From the sequence record PP400780: a stretch of DNA of 64,000 bases. One strand, 5' to 3'. Both the position numbers and the translations under genes were made by a program. Below the pieces are notes generated by a model. That model had not been told where the DNA came from, did no database searches, and worked only from the letters and a program-made list of their open reading frames with translations. Shown here piece by piece: positions 62,338-64,000 of the stretch (position 1 is the stretch's first letter; the number at the start of each line of letters is the position of its first letter). This stretch comes from Escherichia phage FL18.

Positions 62338-64000
62338 TTATTTTAACAATGATTTAACTAATTTTTTAAGCTCTTCAATCTCTGACTTAAGTTCTGCAAT
62401 TTCTGCAGTATGTTCATTGATTGCAGCTGTATTTAAACCAATTACACCGTTATAGTTCAAACGAAGTAAAGCTTCGCCATCAGGGTCACCTTCAACTAAT
62501 TCAGGCAAAATAGCTTGAACTTCTTGAGCTATCAAACCGGCGTTTGGTTCCCATTTCTGATTACCATCTTCGTCAGTTCCACGTTTCTGCATATATGTGT
62601 AACCATTAATTTTGGAAAGCTTCTCAGAAGCATTTTCAAATTTAATTAAATCCTTTTTAACACGAATATCAGAACGAACATAAACATCGCGGACATATGT
62701 AGAATAGGCATCGCTCTGTTGGACTAAATGACCATGAGAAACGATAGCTCTTCCGGTTTCTGTCCAAAAAGCACCAGTTGTATCCCAAAGCCCAGGATGA
62801 GATTGATAGCCTGCTCCCCAGTTTGCAATATGTATACCATTGGCAACCATATTGATTCGGCCGTCACCACCATGAACTAATCCTGTATCATTATCACCAA
62901 TAACAAGACATGGTCCAGTCCACACTGGGTCGCCACCGCCAGCCGATAATCTTGCTCCGGTTTTAACCATGTTAGGAACATACATAACTCCATTGTGGTG
63001 AAATTCATAGATGGCTTGTGGGCCGGAACCATTTTCCTGATTACCTACACGAATAATACCTTGTGCCCATATATTAGGGGCACGGCGCATACCAAAATCT
63101 ACGCCGGAAAAATATCCTTCATTCGTAATACCAGATCTTCCTTTAATAATAGGATAATAACAGTCATTACTGACACTACCAAAATCCACAAATACAGGAG
63201 CTTCTAAGCCCCATTGGTCACCCCATGCACCGGATTGATGGGCCGACCATTGTGCAGCCTTTATATAAAGGCGGTCCCTATTAAAATAAAAAGTATCCGA
63301 CCCTTGAGGAGCTAAACTAATTTCCCCGCTATTATGAATATTAACACCCGAATTAGTTTGGAAACTATAAAACGATAGGGCGTTATGAGCGCCGCCATTG
63401 CCCACATACCAGTTATTAACGCCTGCTTTTTGTCCTTTCACATAACCAGATTCAGTTGCCGCACTGTTAATAACAATAGCATCCGAGTTTGTATTCAGAG
63501 TTAAACGGCCGGTCATCGTGTCGCCTTCTTTAGAAACACGGGTAGCAATAGCGTCACGGATATTTGTAGTGTCTCCTGCTGAAGTAAACGATTTCCAAAT
63601 ATCCGAGAAAATATTACCATTTCTAGCAATAGTAGCTTCACCGCCGCCGACCTGAACGTTATCTGGGAAGTTAACAGTACCGTCTTGATTAAAACGAGAC
63701 GTATGGCCTTGTGATCCATCTTCTTTGATATGGTGTAAAACAAATGTACCCGAATTAATTTCAGTACCTAAAGACCAAACGCATTTACCGTTTAAAAACT
63801 TCTGTTTAACAATAGGATAATATTTGCTTACAGCATCATCGATTTCCTGGAAAATAGGAGCCGCTTGAGCATATTGAATGTCATAACCGCCAGCTCCCGC
63901 ACCGTGACCAGTAAATTTAATATAGCCGTTTGCTGCGAACGTATTGTAACTTGATTGTAAATCTGGAATAGTAACTTTACCAGTATCTAAAGCCATACTA
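62338..64000 (-). CDS. 37: long tail fibre distal subunit gp37, C-terminal part (5' end lies beyond the window)
   Basis: C-terminal intramolecular-chaperone-like domain ([31 protein letters not shown] ... [14 protein letters not shown]); open to window edge. Confidence 0.75.
   Translation of the reverse strand, partial: SMALDTGKVTIPDLQSSYNTFAANGYIKFTGHGAGAGGYDIQYAQAAPIFQEIDDAVSKYYPIVKQKFLNGKCVWSLGTEINSGTFVLHHIKEDGSQGHTSRFNQDGTVNFPDNVQVGGGEATIARNGNIFSDIWKSFTSAGDTTNIRDAIATRVSKEGDTMTGRLTLNTNSDAIVINSAATESGYVKGQKAGVNNWYVGNGGAHNALSFYSFQTNSGVNIHNSGEISLAPQGSDTFYFNRDRLYIKAAQWSAHQSGAWGDQWGLEAPVFVDFGSVSNDCYYPIIKGRSGITNEGYFSGVDFGMRRAPNIWAQGIIRVGNQENGSGPQAIYEFHHNGVMYVPNMVKTGARLSAGGGDPVWTGPCLVIGDNDTGLVHGGDGRINMVANGIHIANWGAGYQSHPGLWDTTGAFWTETGRAIVSHGHLVQQSDAYSTYVRDVYVRSDIRVKKDLIKFENASEKLSKINGYTYMQKRGTDEDGNQKWEPNAGLIAQEVQAILPELVEGDPDGEALLRLNYNGVIGLNTAAINEHTAEIAELKSEIEELKKLVKSLLK

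Noticed and set aside
1-64000. Prophage or integrative element hallmarks (integrase, att sites, tRNA genes)
   Set aside because: None seen; gene content and order are those of a lytic T4-like replication module. No tRNA-like cloverleaf candidates noticed in intergenic regions.

Overview
This window reads as a T4-like (Tevenvirinae) myovirus early/replication region, almost entirely on the + strand, converging at its right end with minus-strand late genes. All calls rest on manual reading of the supplied ORF translations and DNA; no database search or alignment was run, and start codons were adjusted by eye where an ATG/GTG with a Shine-Dalgarno fits better. Gene order is colinear with T4: nrdC, 49, nrdG, 55, 47, 46, 45, 44, 62, regA, 43, 42, uvsX, 41, 61, 56, soc, mod-like, dda, dexA, 39 (fused 39+60), rIIA-like, ndd-like, 52, motA, asiA, then holin t, 38 and the C-terminal part of 37 on the minus strand. 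The DNA polymerase matches, from memory, the RB69-type gp43. The main departures from T4 are: (1) a four-gene sugar-nucleotide cassette (arabinose-5-phosphate isomerase-like, nucleotidyltransferase-kinase fusion, HAD phosphatase-like, Cys-rich enzyme) between gene 43 and the dCMP hydroxymethylase homolog, where T4 has imm; (2) no recognisable alpha- or beta-glucosyltransferase at their T4 positions, with an unknown 299-aa protein plus a P-loop kinase at the beta-gt locus and a GT-B-like glycosyltransferase next to gene 39. Together with dCTPase (56) and gene 42 this suggests hydroxymethyl-cytosine DNA carrying a non-glucose sugar, plausibly arabinose as reported for RB69; (3) Seg-like GIY-YIG homing endonuclease genes where nrdD is expected, leaving nrdG orphaned, and a split paralog between rpbA-like and 45; (4) an rIIA-like gene broken across three reading frames, with no rIIB/denB-sized ORFs; (5) many early promoters whose -10 element sits between inverted repeats (PeSL-like cassettes) and fall into a few near-identical families. 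No tRNA, rRNA or CRISPR array was seen.
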